Made by a program: the position numbers and the translations under genes. Below, piece by piece: positions 1-16,300 of a stretch of DNA of 64,000 nucleotides. The notes under the pieces were generated by a model. That model ran no database searches. It saw only the letters and a program-made list of their open reading frames with translations, and was not told the origin of the DNA. Origin of the DNA: a bacterium (GTDB lineage Archaea > Thermoplasmatota > E2 > JACPAO01 > JAHFTW01); contig JAZJZE010000009.1 in assembly GCA_040390065.1 (NCBI GenBank), forward strand, positions 224,001 through 288,000. The letters run 5' to 3'. Within the stretch, counting starts at the first letter, position 1. Every line of letters begins with the position of its first letter.

Positions 1-1
1 C

Positions 2-718
2 ATCCTCCTCATCGTCGCGGCCGGTGTCGGCGCCGTCATCTGGCTCAACCTGCCGCACGACTGCCCCGACCACTGGCACGCAACACAGCGCGTCTTCGTG
101 CCGGACGGCATGGGCTCCGATGGCTACGACATTCCGCACACCATCGACTGGAACGCCCCCAAGAACGCCGCCAACCAGATCTACTACAACTACGGCATCG
201 ACGACGCGATGAGCCCGACCATGCACATGCACCAAAGCGGCCCCGAGCAAGGGTCGGAGGCTTTGGGCCCGACGCAATTCCACTTCGAAGGCAACGGCAA
301 ATGCATCGGCATCCAGAACGCTTACAGCGAGATTGATTTGAGCGTGGACAGCCACTCCGTCACCGTCATGCAGGGCACGCCCCTCTACGCCGCCAACATC
401 AAGGGAACGAGCCTGGAGGCAACCGGCGGCCACTGGGAGGCAGGCGGCAACCACACGCTGCGCTTCTTCCTCGAGACGAACGTGGGCAACAACACGTGGG
501 CCTGGTCGGAGCGCAGCTTCGACGACTACAAGCATTACCAGGCGCACGACATGGAATCCTTCATGGTCGCCTTCGGCCACTACAGTGACGCGCAACTGCA
601 GTCGATGATGGACCAGATTCCAGCCCCCATCAGTCGCCCCGGGGACGCGCAGGTGCTGCCCTTCTACACGCCGCCGGTTGTCGTCACCACGACGCCGACC
701 AGCAGTTCGACGACGTAA
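2..718 (+). CDS. Membrane-anchored hypothetical protein, 5'-truncated by the window edge
   Basis: The frame of ORF 98..718 is open back to base 2 and encodes a hydrophobic stretch ILLIVAAGVGAVIWL. It has a Thr/Ser-rich tail and GC3-biased codons. Confidence 0.65.
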   Translation: MLLIVAAGVGAVIWLNLPHDCPDHWHATQRVFVPDGMGSDGYDIPHTIDWNAPKNAANQIYYNYGIDDAMSPTMHMHQSGPEQGSEALGPTQFHFEGNGKCIGIQNAYSEIDLSVDSHSVTVMQGTPLYAANIKGTSLEATGGHWEAGGNHTLRFFLETNVGNNTWAWSERSFDDYKHYQAHDMESFMVAFGHYSDAQLQSMMDQIPAPISRPGDAQVLPFYTPPVVVTTTPTSSSTT

Positions 719-789
719 GCGACGCGCGTCGGGCGTCCAGGCCCGACTTTGCTCGGCACCGCACCGGCGCCGGCCGCAATGCCTAAGAC

Positions 790-1122
790 GTGCCAAACCC
801 CCGCATGCGTATGGACCGCCCAGTCGGAATTCTTGCAATCGCGCTGCTGTGCGGCCTATGCCTGGGAAGCCCGGGGGGCGGCGCAAGCGCAAGGGAGGCG
901 GCGCCTGGCCACCCGCCGGCTGGCGCCGTCGCGTCGCCGGATTACCTGGGGATTCTTCACGCCAACAGCGCCATGTCCGTTGCCGACCAATTGCCGGCCG
1001 GGTCCACGACACGCTGCATCCCATGCGCGCAAAGCGACATGTGGCCAGGGGACTTTGCCGCCCCAGCCGTCCCGATGACATCCGCCGACTCCATTGCCCA
1101 GTCCTCCGACGACGGCCTCTAG
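790..1122 (+). CDS. Small putative secreted hypothetical protein
   Basis: Signal-like segment GILAIALLCGLCLG. It fills the gap before the convergent meaB stop. The start is uncertain (790/802/808). Confidence 0.35.
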   Translation: MPNPRMRMDRPVGILAIALLCGLCLGSPGGGASAREAAPGHPPAGAVASPDYLGILHANSAMSVADQLPAGSTTRCIPCAQSDMWPGDFAAPAVPMTSADSIAQSSDDGL

Positions 1123-2108
1123 CCAGTGCGCGTGCGGTAGTCCACCAGGATTGCGCGCGCCGCATCGCCCGGGCTGCGCCGACCGGCCTCTGCCTCGGCG
1201 ACCAGGTGCGCAAACTGCGGCCGGGGCGTGCCGTCGCGGGCGAAGGCGTGCGACACGACGTCGCTGGCCAAGAGCAGGCGGACTTGCTCGCGCACGCGGC
1301 GGGCCCGACGTTGTGCCCACGTTCCCGACGCCTCGCTCCAGGCACGATGCTTGACCAGGACGTCGAGGAGAGGCCCGGTTCCTTCGCCACGCTCGGCCAC
1401 GGTGCGCAGGATTGGCGGGGTCCACGCGTCGCCGCCGTTTGGCGCGGGCGCGGGGTGCGCCAGCATGAGGTTCGCTTCGACTTCGGATGCGACCTTGTCG
1501 GCGCCGGTGAGGTCTGACTTGTTGACGACGAAAACGTCGGCGATCTCCATGATGCCCGCCTTGACGCTCTGCACGTCGTCGCCCAGGTTCGGCACGAGGA
1601 CGACCACGACGGAGTCGGCAAGCCGCGCGATGTCGACCTCGGCCTGGCCGACGCCGACGGTCTCCACAAAGACCACGTCCTTGCCCGCTGCAGACAGCAC
1701 CCGCACGGCATCCAACGTGTGCCGCGACAACCCGCCCAACGCACCGCGCGTCCCCATGCTGCGGATGAAGACATCGCGGTCGCCGGCGTGGCCCTGCATG
1801 CGGATGCGGTCGCCGAGGATCGCGCCCCCTGTAAACGGGCTGGACGGGTCGACGGCCACGACGCCGACGGACAGGCCGCGCCGCCGCGCTTCGGCGATGA
1901 GGCGGTCGACGAGCGTGGACTTGCCCGTCCCAGGCGCGCCCGTCACGCCGATGACGTACGCCTTCCCCTGCGGCATGGCGGAGAGCGCATCCGCTGCGCC
2001 TTCGTCGTCGGCCTCCAGCCGCGAGATGAGGCGGCCGATGGCGCGGCGGTCGCCGGCGGCGGCCTGCGAGGCCAATTCGCCTGCCGGGCCGCCGGGCGCG
2101 CGCAGCAT
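1119..2108 (-). CDS. meaB: Methylmalonyl-CoA mutase-associated GTPase MeaB/ArgK
   Basis: Walker A GAPGTGKST, motifs VDPSSPFTGGAILGDRIRM, ETVGVGQ and VNKSD. It lies next to a mutase B12 domain gene. Confidence 0.95.
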   Translation of the reverse strand: MLRAPGGPAGELASQAAAGDRRAIGRLISRLEADDEGAADALSAMPQGKAYVIGVTGAPGTGKSTLVDRLIAEARRRGLSVGVVAVDPSSPFTGGAILGDRIRMQGHAGDRDVFIRSMGTRGALGGLSRHTLDAVRVLSAAGKDVVFVETVGVGQAEVDIARLADSVVVVLVPNLGDDVQSVKAGIMEIADVFVVNKSDLTGADKVASEVEANLMLAHPAPAPNGGDAWTPPILRTVAERGEGTGPLLDVLVKHRAWSEASGTWAQRRARRVREQVRLLLASDVVSHAFARDGTPRPQFAHLVAEAEAGRRSPGDAARAILVDYRTRTG

Positions 2109-2111
2109 GTC

Positions 2112-2537
2112 CTAGGCCCGCACGGCCTCGACGCCGTTGGCAAAGCGCGGGTGGCCCTCGATGAACTGCACGATGGAGCGGGTGTCCGTGCCGGGCCCGA
2201 AGACCGCTTCGATGCCGACGGCCTTGAGCCGATGCGCATCGTCGTCGGGGATGATGCCGCCGCCGAAGACGACGACGTCCTCGGCGCCCTCGGCGACCAG
2301 CATCTGCTTGACCTTGGGGAACAGGGTCATGTGCGCGCCCGAGAGGCAGGACAGGCCGACGAGGTCGACGTCCTCCTGGATGGCGGCGGCGACGATCTGC
2401 TGGGGCGTCTGGCGCAGGCCGGTGTAGATGACCTCGAAGCCGGCGTCGCGCAAGGCCCGGGCGACGACCTTGGCGCCGCGGTCGTGGCCGTCGAGGCCCG
2501 GCTTGGCGACCAGGATGCGGATCTGCCGTTCCGTCAT
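2112..2537 (-). CDS. Stand-alone cobalamin-binding subunit of (methylmalonyl/acyl)-CoA mutase
   Basis: B12-binding motifs [11 protein letters not shown] (DxHxxG), GLSCLSGAH and GGGIIP. The start was trimmed to MTERQIR. Confidence 0.93.
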   Translation of the reverse strand: MTERQIRILVAKPGLDGHDRGAKVVARALRDAGFEVIYTGLRQTPQQIVAAAIQEDVDLVGLSCLSGAHMTLFPKVKQMLVAEGAEDVVVFGGGIIPDDDAHRLKAVGIEAVFGPGTDTRSIVQFIEGHPRFANGVEAVRA

Positions 2538-2592
2538 TGGGGCGTTCCAGAAGATGGCTCTAGATAACCCTGCTCCAAGGGCCCATCGTGGC

Positions 2593-4887
2593 CTAGGCTT
2601 GGCGACGGCGCAGCAGGAGGACCGCGGCGCCGAGTGCAGCCACCAGGGCCACGAGTTCGAAGCCGGGCGTCTTGCCGCTGTTGCCGGCCGCCGCGTCCAG
2701 GGCGCTTGCCTGGTCGGCTTCGTCGAGGTACGGGTGGTCCGTGTCGATGACGGCGTACAAGTGCAGCAGGCTGCGCTGGTTGAAGTCGCTCTGGCTGGTG
2801 GCCGTGAGGACCAGGTCTGCCGCATCGGGGCGGGCGGCCGTGTCAGGCGCCTTGACGGCGACGGCCAGGAAGACCGAGCCGCCGGCGGGGATGGTGACCT
2901 GCGGGTTCTGCATGATGAGGCGCGACCAGGAGTCGGCCGTGCCTACCGCGTGCGTGCCGGTCATCTCGACGAGGAAAGTGTCCTGCTTGTCGCCGTGGTT
3001 CGTGAGGGTTACGTTGAACAGCACCGTCTTGCCAGGGTTGACGAAGCGGTTGGGCTCCGACGTGGCCACGAGTTCGACCGTCGACAGGAAGATGTCCTGC
3101 ACCGGGTCGTGGTACTCGACGAGGGGCAGGGTGAACGTGCCGCCGGGGAGGAGGACGGGGGAGTCCTTCGGGCCGAAGAACGGGTCGGCGCGCGTGAAGT
3201 TCAATGTGAGGAACAAGACGAGCGAGGCGCCCTTCTGGAAGGGGATGAACTCGCCGCCCGGCCTGGCGTGCACGACGGTCTTGAACTCCTTGTCCGGGTT
3301 CTGGGCGGAGACGTCCACCGGTGTCGTGGCCTCGAGGGTCGCGACGACCGTTGCGTTCGCCGAAGGCGAATCGATGTTGACGCCCTGACCCTTCGGGGGC
3401 GCGCCGTAGTAGACCAGCTTGCCGCTGAAGACGGCGCCGTTCATGGGCAGCGCGTTCTTGATGTGCACCGAGATCTCGGCGGGGCCCCCCAGCATGCCGT
3501 TGCCCTTCGTGTCGAAGTCGAGGCCCATGTCGAGGGCCGGCTCGAGGGGGACGTCCCAGGCGTAGTGGACCTTCGGAAGGTCGGTCACCGCAAGGTTCGC
3601 GCCGCCGCACGTGTTGGTCGCGGCCGTCTCCTCGCAGTCCAGCGTCGCGGGGATCAACGTCTTCTTGTCGTTGGGCTCGTGCTCCGGGTCGAGGGCGTTC
3701 ATGTAGACGTAGCCCTCGAGGCCGGTGTCGCCCGGGAACAGCGATTCGATGACCGTTGCCGTCGGATCGGTGCTCGCGGCGGTCGAGTGCAGCCAGATCT
3801 GGTTGTGGTGGCCCGCCGGCTGCGGCGGGTTCACGTACCGGACGCCGAGCTGGACACGGCCGACGGAGCCGGGGTCGCTGACGGATTGCAGTTCGACCAC
3901 GAAGTTGAGGAAGGCGCCGTGCGCGTGGGCAAAGGGCGTCGTCACGAGGATGGGGAACAGGAGCGTCCCGTTGCCCGGGATCGTGAGCTGCGCCGCCGGC
4001 AGCTTGACCTGCCAGACGTTGGGGACGCCGACGGTGACGAGGTTGAAGCGGTCCTCGCTCTTGGCGAGGTTGGTCGCCTGGACCTGGAAGACGATGGTCG
4101 TCGCCTCACCGTTGGAGGCGCGCGTCGGGATGGCGGAGCGCAGGCGGGCGTGGCCGGATTGGGCGACGCCGAAGTGGATAGGGAGCTTGCCCTCGTTGAC
4201 CGTGCTGTTTCCGTTGTCCGGCATCGCGTCGCTGGCCGTCGGCGTCGGGGCCTTGCCGCCGCCGGTCGGGCCGCGGCCCAAGCCGATCTGGGCGTTGATG
4301 GCCTTGGAGGTGACGTGGAAACCCGTGAAGGGGACGTCCGGGTGGGGCGCGCCGCCGTTGCCATCGGCAAGAAGGTCGCGGTGGGCGACGGTCGCCGAGA
4401 CGGTGTTGGCCGTGAGGTCCTCCGAGAAGACGAGTTCGGCCGGGTCGGAGGTGATGGTGAAGTAGCCGTTGCGGCCGGGGTCGAAGGCCTGGAGTTGGCC
4501 GAAGTAGTTCGTGCCCGCGAAGTGTTGGCGGTTGACGATCAAGCGGAACTGGCGGTCGTAGTTCTGGAAGTAGATGCCATACTGGCCGGACTCCGTGCCG
4601 GGCAGTTCAGTGGGTTGCGGCGAGAGGTTCTTGACGCCAAGGATGAACGTGAAGGAGTCCGTGGTCTCCTTGACGTCCAGCGACTTGAGGTCGGTCGGGT
4701 CCCAGCGGCCGTCGGGCGCCTTCTGGCAGGTGCCGTTCTCGCAGACGTCGACGTCCAAGAGGCCGTCGTCGGCCATGTGCGTCGCCGGCAGGTCCGTACC
4801 CGGGGGTGCCTGGGCGTGCGTCGGCACGACCAAGGCGGCGGAGGCGGTCATGATGAAGGCCAGCAGCACGGCTGTCCGGTTGCGCAT
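2593..4887 (-). CDS. Secreted cell-surface protein with Ig-like domains and a PGF-CTERM sorting signal
   Basis: N-terminal signal peptide [11 protein letters not shown] and C-terminal [25 protein letters not shown] (archaeosortase-type PGF-CTERM). Confidence 0.85.
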   Translation of the reverse strand: MRNRTAVLLAFIMTASAALVVPTHAQAPPGTDLPATHMADDGLLDVDVCENGTCQKAPDGRWDPTDLKSLDVKETTDSFTFILGVKNLSPQPTELPGTESGQYGIYFQNYDRQFRLIVNRQHFAGTNYFGQLQAFDPGRNGYFTITSDPAELVFSEDLTANTVSATVAHRDLLADGNGGAPHPDVPFTGFHVTSKAINAQIGLGRGPTGGGKAPTPTASDAMPDNGNSTVNEGKLPIHFGVAQSGHARLRSAIPTRASNGEATTIVFQVQATNLAKSEDRFNLVTVGVPNVWQVKLPAAQLTIPGNGTLLFPILVTTPFAHAHGAFLNFVVELQSVSDPGSVGRVQLGVRYVNPPQPAGHHNQIWLHSTAASTDPTATVIESLFPGDTGLEGYVYMNALDPEHEPNDKKTLIPATLDCEETAATNTCGGANLAVTDLPKVHYAWDVPLEPALDMGLDFDTKGNGMLGGPAEISVHIKNALPMNGAVFSGKLVYYGAPPKGQGVNIDSPSANATVVATLEATTPVDVSAQNPDKEFKTVVHARPGGEFIPFQKGASLVLFLTLNFTRADPFFGPKDSPVLLPGGTFTLPLVEYHDPVQDIFLSTVELVATSEPNRFVNPGKTVLFNVTLTNHGDKQDTFLVEMTGTHAVGTADSWSRLIMQNPQVTIPAGGSVFLAVAVKAPDTAARPDAADLVLTATSQSDFNQRSLLHLYAVIDTDHPYLDEADQASALDAAAGNSGKTPGFELVALVAALGAAVLLLRRRQA

Positions 4888-4955
4888 GGAAATCCCAGGT
4901 AGGGCGGAGGGACAAAACCCTTGTGGTGCCAGCCTGGCCTTTTTGGCCTCTTGCA

Positions 4956-7631
4956 TCAGGGCTGCGGCGGCGTCGGCGGAGCGGCCGGGCCGGGCGCTGG
5001 TGGCGGCGTCGGCGGCGGCAGGACCAGGTTGCCATCGCCCTCGTCAGCCGGCAACGTCGCGACTTGCGTGATGCGGTCGTCGTCGTCCATGCGCATGAGG
5101 GTGACGCCCTGCGTCGAGCGGCCCATGGCGCGCAGTTGGTCGACGGGGATGCGGACACCCATGCCGGATTTCGTCAAGAGCAGGAGCGATTCGTCGCCCT
5201 TCACGGTACGCACGGCGACGACGGGGCCGTTGCGGTCGTTGACGACGATCGTGCGCACACCCTTGCCGCCGCGGTGCGTCTTGCGGTACTCGTCGAGTTC
5301 CGTGCGCTTTCCATAGCCGTTCGCCGTCACGGAGAGCAGGCTGGTTCCTGGTTCCGCAATGGCGAGCGACACGACTTCGTCGCCGCTTTCGAGCGTGATG
5401 CCGCGGACGCCTGCAGCGGGGCGGCCCATGACGCGGACTTCCGACTCGTCGAAGCGGCACGCTTGGCCCATCTTCGTCGCCAGGATGACGTCGGCTTTTC
5501 CGTCCGTGCGGCGGACCGCGAGAAGCTCGTCGCCCTCGTCCAGGCCAATCGCAATGATGCCGCCGGCGCGGATGTTCTTGAAATCAGCCAGCGCCGTGCG
5601 TTTGACGGTGCCCATCTTCGTCGCGAAGAACAGCGTCGGCCCGGTGGCGTCGGAGCCTTCGGGGGCCTCGCCTTCGGAGAAGTCACGCACCGGGATGATG
5701 GTCTCGACCTTCTCGTCGCCCTCCAGTTGCAGCAGGTTGATGGCCGGCTTGCCCTTCGTCTGGCGCGACCCCGTGGGCACCTTGTAGCCCTTCAGCCAAT
5801 GGATGCGGGCCTTGTTCGTGAAGAAGCACAGCCAGTCATGCGTCGAGCCCACCGTCGATTCCATGACGGCGTCCTTCGCGGCAGCCTCGTCTTCCGATTC
5901 GCTGCCCTTGAGCTTGAGACCACGCAGGCCCTTGCCGCCGCGGTTCTGTTCGCGCCACGTGTCGAGGGGCAGCCGCTTGACGTACTGCTCCTGCGTCAGC
6001 AGGAAGACGGACTCCTCCTCGGGGATGAGCGACTCGTCGTCGATGTCGATGTCGCCCTCGGCAATCTGGGTGCGACGCTTGTCACCGAATTCGGCGCGCG
6101 CCTTGGCAAGCTCTTCCTTGATGATCGCGTAGACTTGCGCCGGGTCGGCAAGGACGCCCTTGTAGTACGCGATCTGGACTTGCAGTTGCGCGTGCTCCGT
6201 CTTCACGGCGTCGGTTTCGAGTCCCGTGAGGCGCTGCAGGCGCATGTCCAGGATGGCCTTGCCTTGGATCTCGCTCAGCTTGAACTGCCCCATGAGGCCA
6301 GCCAACGCGGTTTCCGGGTCCTTGCTCGCGCGGATCAGGGCCACCACGGCGTCGATGTTGGCAAGCGCGATGAGGAGGCCTTCCAGCACGTGCGCGCGGG
6401 CTTCCGCCTTCTTGAGTTCGAATTGCGTGCGACGCGTCACGACCTCGAAGCGGTGCTTGAGGAATACCAGGATGAGTTCGCGCAGGCCCATGGTGCGGGG
6501 CCGGCCGTCGACCAAGGCCAGGTTGTTGACGGCGAAACTGGTCTGCAGCGCCGTGTGCTTCCACAACTGGTTCAGGACGACGTCCGGGATGGCGTCGCGC
6601 TTGAGTTCGATGACCATGCGCATGCCGCGCCGGTCGGATTCGTCGCGCAGGTCGGAGATGCCTTCGAGCACTTTCTCCTTGACGAGCTCCGCCATGGCGA
6701 TGAGCAGGTCCGACTTGTTGACTTGGTAGGGGATCTCGTGGAAGACGATGCGCTCACGGTCCCGGTCCATCTCCTCGATGGTGTAGGCGCCGCGCACGAC
6801 GACGCGGCCGCGGCCCGTCGAGAGGTACGAGAGGATGCCGCCCTTGCCGTGGATGATACCGCCCGTCGGGAAGTCCGGGCCCTGCACGTGCTGCATGAGG
6901 TCCAGGCTGGTTGCGCCGGGTTCGTCGATGAGGCGCACGGCGGCGTCGACGACTTCGCTGAGGTTGTGCGGCGGCACGTTCGTGGCCATGCCGACGGCGA
7001 TGCCGGCGGAGCCATTGACGAGGAGGTTCGGGACTGCCGACGGCATGACCGAGGGCTCCTGCAAGGTGCCGTCGAAGTTGGGGACGAAGTCGACCGTCTC
7101 CTTGTCGAGGTCGTTGAGGATCTGCAGCGAGAACTTGGCGAGGCGGGACTCCGTGTACCTCATGGCTGCCGCAGCATCGCCGTCGACGGAGCCGAAGTTT
7201 CCTTGGCCATCGACGAGCAGGTAGCGCAGGCTCCAACTCTGGGCCATGCGGACCATGGCTTCGTAGACCGAGGAGTCGCCGTGTGGGTGGTATTTGCCGA
7301 GCACTTCACCGACGACGCGGGCGGACTTCTTGTGCGCCGACGTGGGCCCCATGCCGAGTTCGCTCATGCCGTAGAGGATGCGGCGGTGGACCGGTTTGAG
7401 GCCGTCGCGCGCGTCCGGGAGTGCACGCGAGACGATGACGGACATGGCGTAGTCGAGGAACGACTTGCGCATCTCCTGTTCGACGGGGCGCGCATTGACG
7501 TTGACGCTGACGGCGCGGCCGGGGGCGTTGTAGTTCGTCGGAATCTTGGGCTCGGCGGGCTCGGCGGGCGACTTGCCGGATTTTCCGCCGACGTTAGGCT
7601 TGCCTTCTGGGTTGGATCCGTTTTCAGCCAT
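4956..7631 (-). CDS. gyrA: DNA gyrase subunit A
   Basis: [35 protein letters not shown], catalytic AAMRYTE, GyrA-box QNRGGKG and C-terminal pinwheel repeats. Confidence 0.98.
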   Translation of the reverse strand: MAENGSNPEGKPNVGGKSGKSPAEPAEPKIPTNYNAPGRAVSVNVNARPVEQEMRKSFLDYAMSVIVSRALPDARDGLKPVHRRILYGMSELGMGPTSAHKKSARVVGEVLGKYHPHGDSSVYEAMVRMAQSWSLRYLLVDGQGNFGSVDGDAAAAMRYTESRLAKFSLQILNDLDKETVDFVPNFDGTLQEPSVMPSAVPNLLVNGSAGIAVGMATNVPPHNLSEVVDAAVRLIDEPGATSLDLMQHVQGPDFPTGGIIHGKGGILSYLSTGRGRVVVRGAYTIEEMDRDRERIVFHEIPYQVNKSDLLIAMAELVKEKVLEGISDLRDESDRRGMRMVIELKRDAIPDVVLNQLWKHTALQTSFAVNNLALVDGRPRTMGLRELILVFLKHRFEVVTRRTQFELKKAEARAHVLEGLLIALANIDAVVALIRASKDPETALAGLMGQFKLSEIQGKAILDMRLQRLTGLETDAVKTEHAQLQVQIAYYKGVLADPAQVYAIIKEELAKARAEFGDKRRTQIAEGDIDIDDESLIPEEESVFLLTQEQYVKRLPLDTWREQNRGGKGLRGLKLKGSESEDEAAAKDAVMESTVGSTHDWLCFFTNKARIHWLKGYKVPTGSRQTKGKPAINLLQLEGDEKVETIIPVRDFSEGEAPEGSDATGPTLFFATKMGTVKRTALADFKNIRAGGIIAIGLDEGDELLAVRRTDGKADVILATKMGQACRFDESEVRVMGRPAAGVRGITLESGDEVVSLAIAEPGTSLLSVTANGYGKRTELDEYRKTHRGGKGVRTIVVNDRNGPVVAVRTVKGDESLLLLTKSGMGVRIPVDQLRAMGRSTQGVTLMRMDDDDRITQVATLPADEGDGNLVLPPPTPPPAPGPAAPPTPPQP

Positions 7632-7639
7632 GTCGTCAC

Positions 7640-11366
<3,727 letters not shown>

Positions 11367-11375
11367 CCGTCGGCT

Positions 11376-12422
11376 CTAGGAGGGAGGACCGGACGCCGAT
11401 GGCTCCGCAGCCGCCAGGTCTGCCGGTGGCACGCCTTGAGTCTCCTCGAAGACGACCTGCACCTTGTCGGGCCTCGGCGTCGGCGGCGGCAGGCCCACGA
11501 GTTTGGCAAGCGCCGCGCGGACCCCTTCCTGGTCTTCGGCGTCAAGGCCGAAATATTCCGGGAACAGGGGCGTCGTGGCCAGGATCTTGGTCGGGCCCTC
11601 CTCGCGGGCGCGAACCAGGCCGCGCTCGATGAGTTCTGGGATGTGCTCGTAGACCTTCGTGCCGATCATGTTGACCAGTTCGGACTGCTTCATCGGCTGG
11701 TGGTACGCGATGAGGGCCAGCGTCTTCAGCAGCTTGGGCGCGATCTCCATGGGCGCAAAGCGCGCGGCAGGCTCGGCGGCTCGGCTGCGCACCTGCATGG
11801 CCCACTTGGCGCCAGCCTTGCCGACCTCGAGGACGGTGTCGCGGCCCTCGTAGTCGTCGGCCAGTTCCTTGATGGCCTTCTTGATGGTGTCGGGGCTGAG
11901 CTTCGTCTCGTGGGCGATCTCCTCGATGGCGATCGGCTTGCCGGCCGAGAAGAGCGCGGCCTCGACGACGTGCTTGGGTTGCATGCCCTTGGTGTTGAGC
12001 GGGGCGTGGGGGGGCGTGGGCTTGGCAGCCTTCGCCGGTTCTGCGACTGTGGGTGCCGCCGACTCATTCGATGCGGGCACGTCGGCCGGCGTCGGCGCGT
12101 TGGGAGCGGGACTTGTGGTCCCAGATTTGGCGGCTTTGGCGCGCGCCTTCAGGGCCTTCGGCATCGCAGTCGTCGGCGTCATGGGCGCCATCGGCGCTTG
12201 AGGATTCCCCGCATTTTCCTTGCGGATGGTCTCGGCGATGGCGTGCAAGTCATCGGCGTGGGCGGCTGGCGCCGGCTTCACGACGACCTCCTCGGCGACC
12301 GGGGCCGCCTTCTTGGCCTTCTTCTTGTCGGCGCGCAACTTCTCCAGGATCTGCGCGGCCGTGTTGGGTTTGCCGTAGTTGCGGCGGACTTCCATGGGAG
12401 TCCCGTCGGGTGCTTCACTCAT
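11376..12422 (-). CDS. scpB: SMC-Scp complex subunit ScpB with a long low-complexity N-terminal extension
   Basis: VEAALFSAGKPI, LKTLALIAYHQP, ATTPLFPEYFGL. It is translationally coupled to scpA. Confidence 0.92.
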   Translation of the reverse strand: MSEAPDGTPMEVRRNYGKPNTAAQILEKLRADKKKAKKAAPVAEEVVVKPAPAAHADDLHAIAETIRKENAGNPQAPMAPMTPTTAMPKALKARAKAAKSGTTSPAPNAPTPADVPASNESAAPTVAEPAKAAKPTPPHAPLNTKGMQPKHVVEAALFSAGKPIAIEEIAHETKLSPDTIKKAIKELADDYEGRDTVLEVGKAGAKWAMQVRSRAAEPAARFAPMEIAPKLLKTLALIAYHQPMKQSELVNMIGTKVYEHIPELIERGLVRAREEGPTKILATTPLFPEYFGLDAEDQEGVRAALAKLVGLPPPTPRPDKVQVVFEETQGVPPADLAAAEPSASGPPS

Positions 12423-13369
12423 GCCTTGACCTCTTCATCGATGACCGCGGCCGCCTCGGGCAGGCGCGGCGTGATCCAGATCTCGCCCTTGGGGAAGTCC
12501 TCCTGTGTCACGAGGATGCGCTGCGCCTTGGCAAGAAACAGGAGCGCGTTGAAGGTCTGCACGACGTCGGCGGAGTTGGACTCCACGATGCTCGTGAGCG
12601 GTACAGGTGTGGTCGGCACCTCGAGGATGCGAGTCCACGTCTCGGCGATCTCGGATTCGAGGTCGTCCTTGTGCATCATGCCGCCGACGCGTCCGCGCAT
12701 GCGGCGGCGCAGCGACAGGCGTGCCGCGAGTTTCTGCTCGTTGAGGACCAAGCGTTGCTGGGCCTCGGCGTGCACCTCCTCGAACGCTGAAAGGAGCTCC
12801 ATGAGGGTGACGCGGCGGTCGCCCTTGTGGCGGATCTTCTCGTCGATGGGCGCGCGAGGAAGGGCGAGCACGCGCGAATTGTAGTCGACCTGGTCCTCGC
12901 TCCAGCCGTAGTCGGGGATGTCCTGCCATCCGACCTCGTCGGGCTCCTGCGCGCGGATGACGGCGCGGTCCGCCACCTGCTGGCTCTGCGCCTTGAGGAC
13001 GGTCCACGCCATGAGGATGATGCGCCCGGCCGTGACGAGGTCGACGCCGTGCTCGCGGGCCTCCTTGAGGTACAATTGCGCGAACTTGGACAAGTCGAGG
13101 TCCCATGGGTCGAGGTGGTTCTGGATGACGAGCTCGAACGCGATGGCGAGGTCGCGCTGGAACCCCTCCTTCAGGGTGACGTGTTCGCCATCGCGGGAAT
13201 CCTGCACCATCTGCACGTAGGATTCGATCTTGGCGCCGTCGTCGTCGTCGCCAACCATTGCCTTGTGCCACAGGAGGTGACGCACGACCTGCGACGTGTG
13301 CAGGCTGGCCTGCGTCGTCGCCTTCGGCGCAACGGCGTCCTTGAACCTGGACTGGGCGGGCGGGGCCAT
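12419..13369 (-). CDS. scpA: Kleisin ScpA
   Basis: LDPWDLDL, DLVTAGRIILMAWTVLKAQS, RRVTLMELLSAF, FNALLFLA. It lies between smc and scpB. Confidence 0.9.
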   Translation of the reverse strand: MAPPAQSRFKDAVAPKATTQASLHTSQVVRHLLWHKAMVGDDDDGAKIESYVQMVQDSRDGEHVTLKEGFQRDLAIAFELVIQNHLDPWDLDLSKFAQLYLKEAREHGVDLVTAGRIILMAWTVLKAQSQQVADRAVIRAQEPDEVGWQDIPDYGWSEDQVDYNSRVLALPRAPIDEKIRHKGDRRVTLMELLSAFEEVHAEAQQRLVLNEQKLAARLSLRRRMRGRVGGMMHKDDLESEIAETWTRILEVPTTPVPLTSIVESNSADVVQTFNALLFLAKAQRILVTQEDFPKGEIWITPRLPEAAAVIDEEVKA

Positions 13370-16300
13370 TACGGCTTCACCTCGACTGACACGGCGCGCT
13401 CCATGAGTTGCGTGATGGTCGTCTCCTTCGCGGCCTTGGGTTTCTCCTTCGCCTTGGCTTTCTTCTTCGTGGCTTGGCCGCCCTCGCCGTCGAAGCCCTG
13501 CGTCACGTCGTGGCCGCCGCCGTCGCCGTCGTCGCCGCCGGCACCGGATGCACCGACGTCGCCTTCGCTAGGCAGCGTGTCGAGGTCGAAGCGCGCGATG
13601 ATCTCGGAGACACCGGGACGGACCTGCGTGACACCGTAGATGTGACTCGCCTCCTTCAGGGTGATTTTCCTGAGTGAGACCACAATGAACTGGGCAAAGC
13701 GCGCGTTGTCCTTGATCATGCGGGCCAGGAACTCCGAGTTCACGGCGTCGAGGTTCTGGTCGACTTCGTCGAAGTAGTAGAAGGGGCTCGGGTCGTAGCG
13801 CTGGATGGCGAAGATGAACGCCATGGACGTGAGCGACTTCTCGCCGCCGGAGAGCGAGTCGATGCGCGTGACCTTCTTCTCGGGCGGCTGGGCCTTGAGG
13901 ATCAGGCCGCCGTCGAATGGGGCCTTCTCGTTCTCGAGTTCCAGGTATGCCTTGCCGCCCTTCGTGAGGAGGCCGTAGACGGAGGCGAATTGTTCGTTGA
14001 CGGCTGTCAGGACCGTCATGAGGGCCGCCTTCTTGTTCGTCGCGATCTCGTCGACGAGCTTCAGGAGTTCCCCTTTCTGGTTCTCCAGGCGGGCGACCTC
14101 GTCCTTGAGTTCCTTCGCGCGCGCCGATTGGGCGTCGTGCTGCTCGAGCGCCGTCTGGTTGACGGGGCCGAGGCGGTCGAGGGCGGATTCCTGGTTCCGA
14201 AGCTCGCGCTTGAGGTCCTCGATGGGCGGCACGTCCTCGCCGGCCTTGACCTCGACGGGGTTCTCCTGCAACTCGAGCTTGGCGTCGCCGAGGGCTTCCT
14301 CCAGGAGCGGCAGCTTGGACTTGGCGTTGGTGACGAGGCCGAAGTGGGTCTCCATGCGGTCGGCCACTTTGTCGATGCGGGCCTTCAGGTCCGTGAGGTC
14401 CTTGTAGGCGCGGTCGCGCTGCTCGTTCAGGCCCTTCAATGCCCCGGTGGCCTTCTTCTCCATCTTGAGGATGGCTTCGACCTCGGCCTTGGCCTTGCCA
14501 TAGGCGGCGGTGAATTTCTTGACGTCCTCGGCGAGCTTGGCTGCGGAGCCTGAACCGCCATCGATCTGGGCGGCGACCTCGTCGCGGCGCGCGGCGACGA
14601 GTTGCAGTTGCGTGGCCGCGACCTGGCGCCGGTTCTCGGCCTTGAGGGCGGCCTCCGTGAGTTCGCGCACCTCCGCCTCGAGCTTCTCGACGCGCTCGCG
14701 CAGATCCTTGCGCGTGCCCTTGAGGAGCAGTTGGCCCTTGTCCTGGCGGAGTTTCTCGAGTTGCGCAAGGCGCTCCTCCAGCGTGGCCGTCGCCTTTGCG
14801 AGCTTCGCCGAGGCCGCCTCCGTGTCGCGGCCGTCCTTGGCAAGCGCCGTCTGCTCCTTCGCGAGGACCTGCTTGCGTTCCTCGAGGGCCGTGACCTTGC
14901 GCTCGAGTTCCTTCAAGCGGTCCTCCTGGCTTGCGCCCGCGGCGCCCTCGGCTGCCAGTGCGGCCTGTAGGTCGTCGAGTTCCTTGCGTGCCGCCGCGGC
15001 CTTGGCGACGGCTTCCTGCTGTGCCTCTTCCGCCTTCGCGATCTCCCCGAGAAGTTCGTCCATGCGGCCGCGGTCGGCATTGGTGAACTGGATGTCGTCG
15101 CCCTTGCCCTTGGACTGCTTGCCGCCAGTCATGGCGCCGGATTTCTCGAAGAGTTCGCCGTCGAGGGTGACGATGCGGACACCGCCCATCATGCGGCGGC
15201 CGTTGGCCATCGTGTCGGCCACGAGGGTATCCTGGAAGACGTGCCAGAACGCGTTCTGGTAGCGCGGGTTGAACTCGATGAGGTCGAGGGCGAAGCCGAG
15301 GCAGCCCTGCTCCTTGACTTTCATGAGCGCTTGGCCCGACGGGCGGCCGGGGACCATCTTGTTGAGTGGCAGGAGTGTGACGCGGCCCGACTGGCGGCGC
15401 TTCACGAGGTCGATGCACTGGGCCGCGACCGAGTCGTCCTCGACGACGATCGCCTGCAGGCGGCCGGCGGCGGCGATCTGCATCGCCTCGCTGTGCTTCT
15501 TGTCGACCTTGGCAAGCTCGGCCACGGTGCCGATGACACCCTTGATCTCGCGCTTGTCGCGGGCGGACAGGACGTCCTGGACGGCTTGGCCGTAACCGCC
15601 TTGGGCCCGCGCCGCGGCTTCCTCGTTGGCGCGCAAGTCGGCTAGGTCGCGCTGCAGGCGACGGATGCGCATCTCGAGCTCTTCGGCCTGCTTGCCGAAC
15701 TCTGCTTGGGCCTTTCGGAGCTCGAACAGGCGCTTCTCTGCGTCCTTGCGCTTCTTGCCGGCGCCGCCGGCGGTGCCGCGCAGTTCCTTGAGTTGCCACG
15801 ACGATTCCTTGAGGTCCGTGTCGACGGCCTCGTCCTGCTGGGTCGCTTCGGCGAGCGCCTTGGCGACGGCCTTGGCGCGCTCCGCGACGCGGTCCGACTC
15901 CAGTTTCGCCTCGTGCAATTCCGTCTGCTTGGCCTCGTGCTCCTGCTTCAGGGCGACGAGCTCGCGGTTGATCTGCATGGCGTTGGTGTCGCCTTTGGAG
16001 ATGAGGTCGCGGGCGCCGTCGAGTTCCTTCTTGCGAAGCTCCAGCGCCTGCGTCGTCTGCGCATGCTCCTTGCCGCATTCGGCTTCGAGCGCCTTCGTCT
16101 TGGAGAGGTCGCGTTCGATGCGGCGCAACTCGTCGGCCATGGGGCCGCTCGACTCGTGGGCCGTCGCGAGTTCGCCCTTGGCGAAGTTGATGCGCTCCTC
16201 CAGCCGCACCATCTCGTCGCGGGCCGCCTTCATGCGGTCCTGGAGGGCCTCGACCTCGGCGCCGCCTTCGGCGCGGATCTTGGCCTCGAGTTCGGCAAAG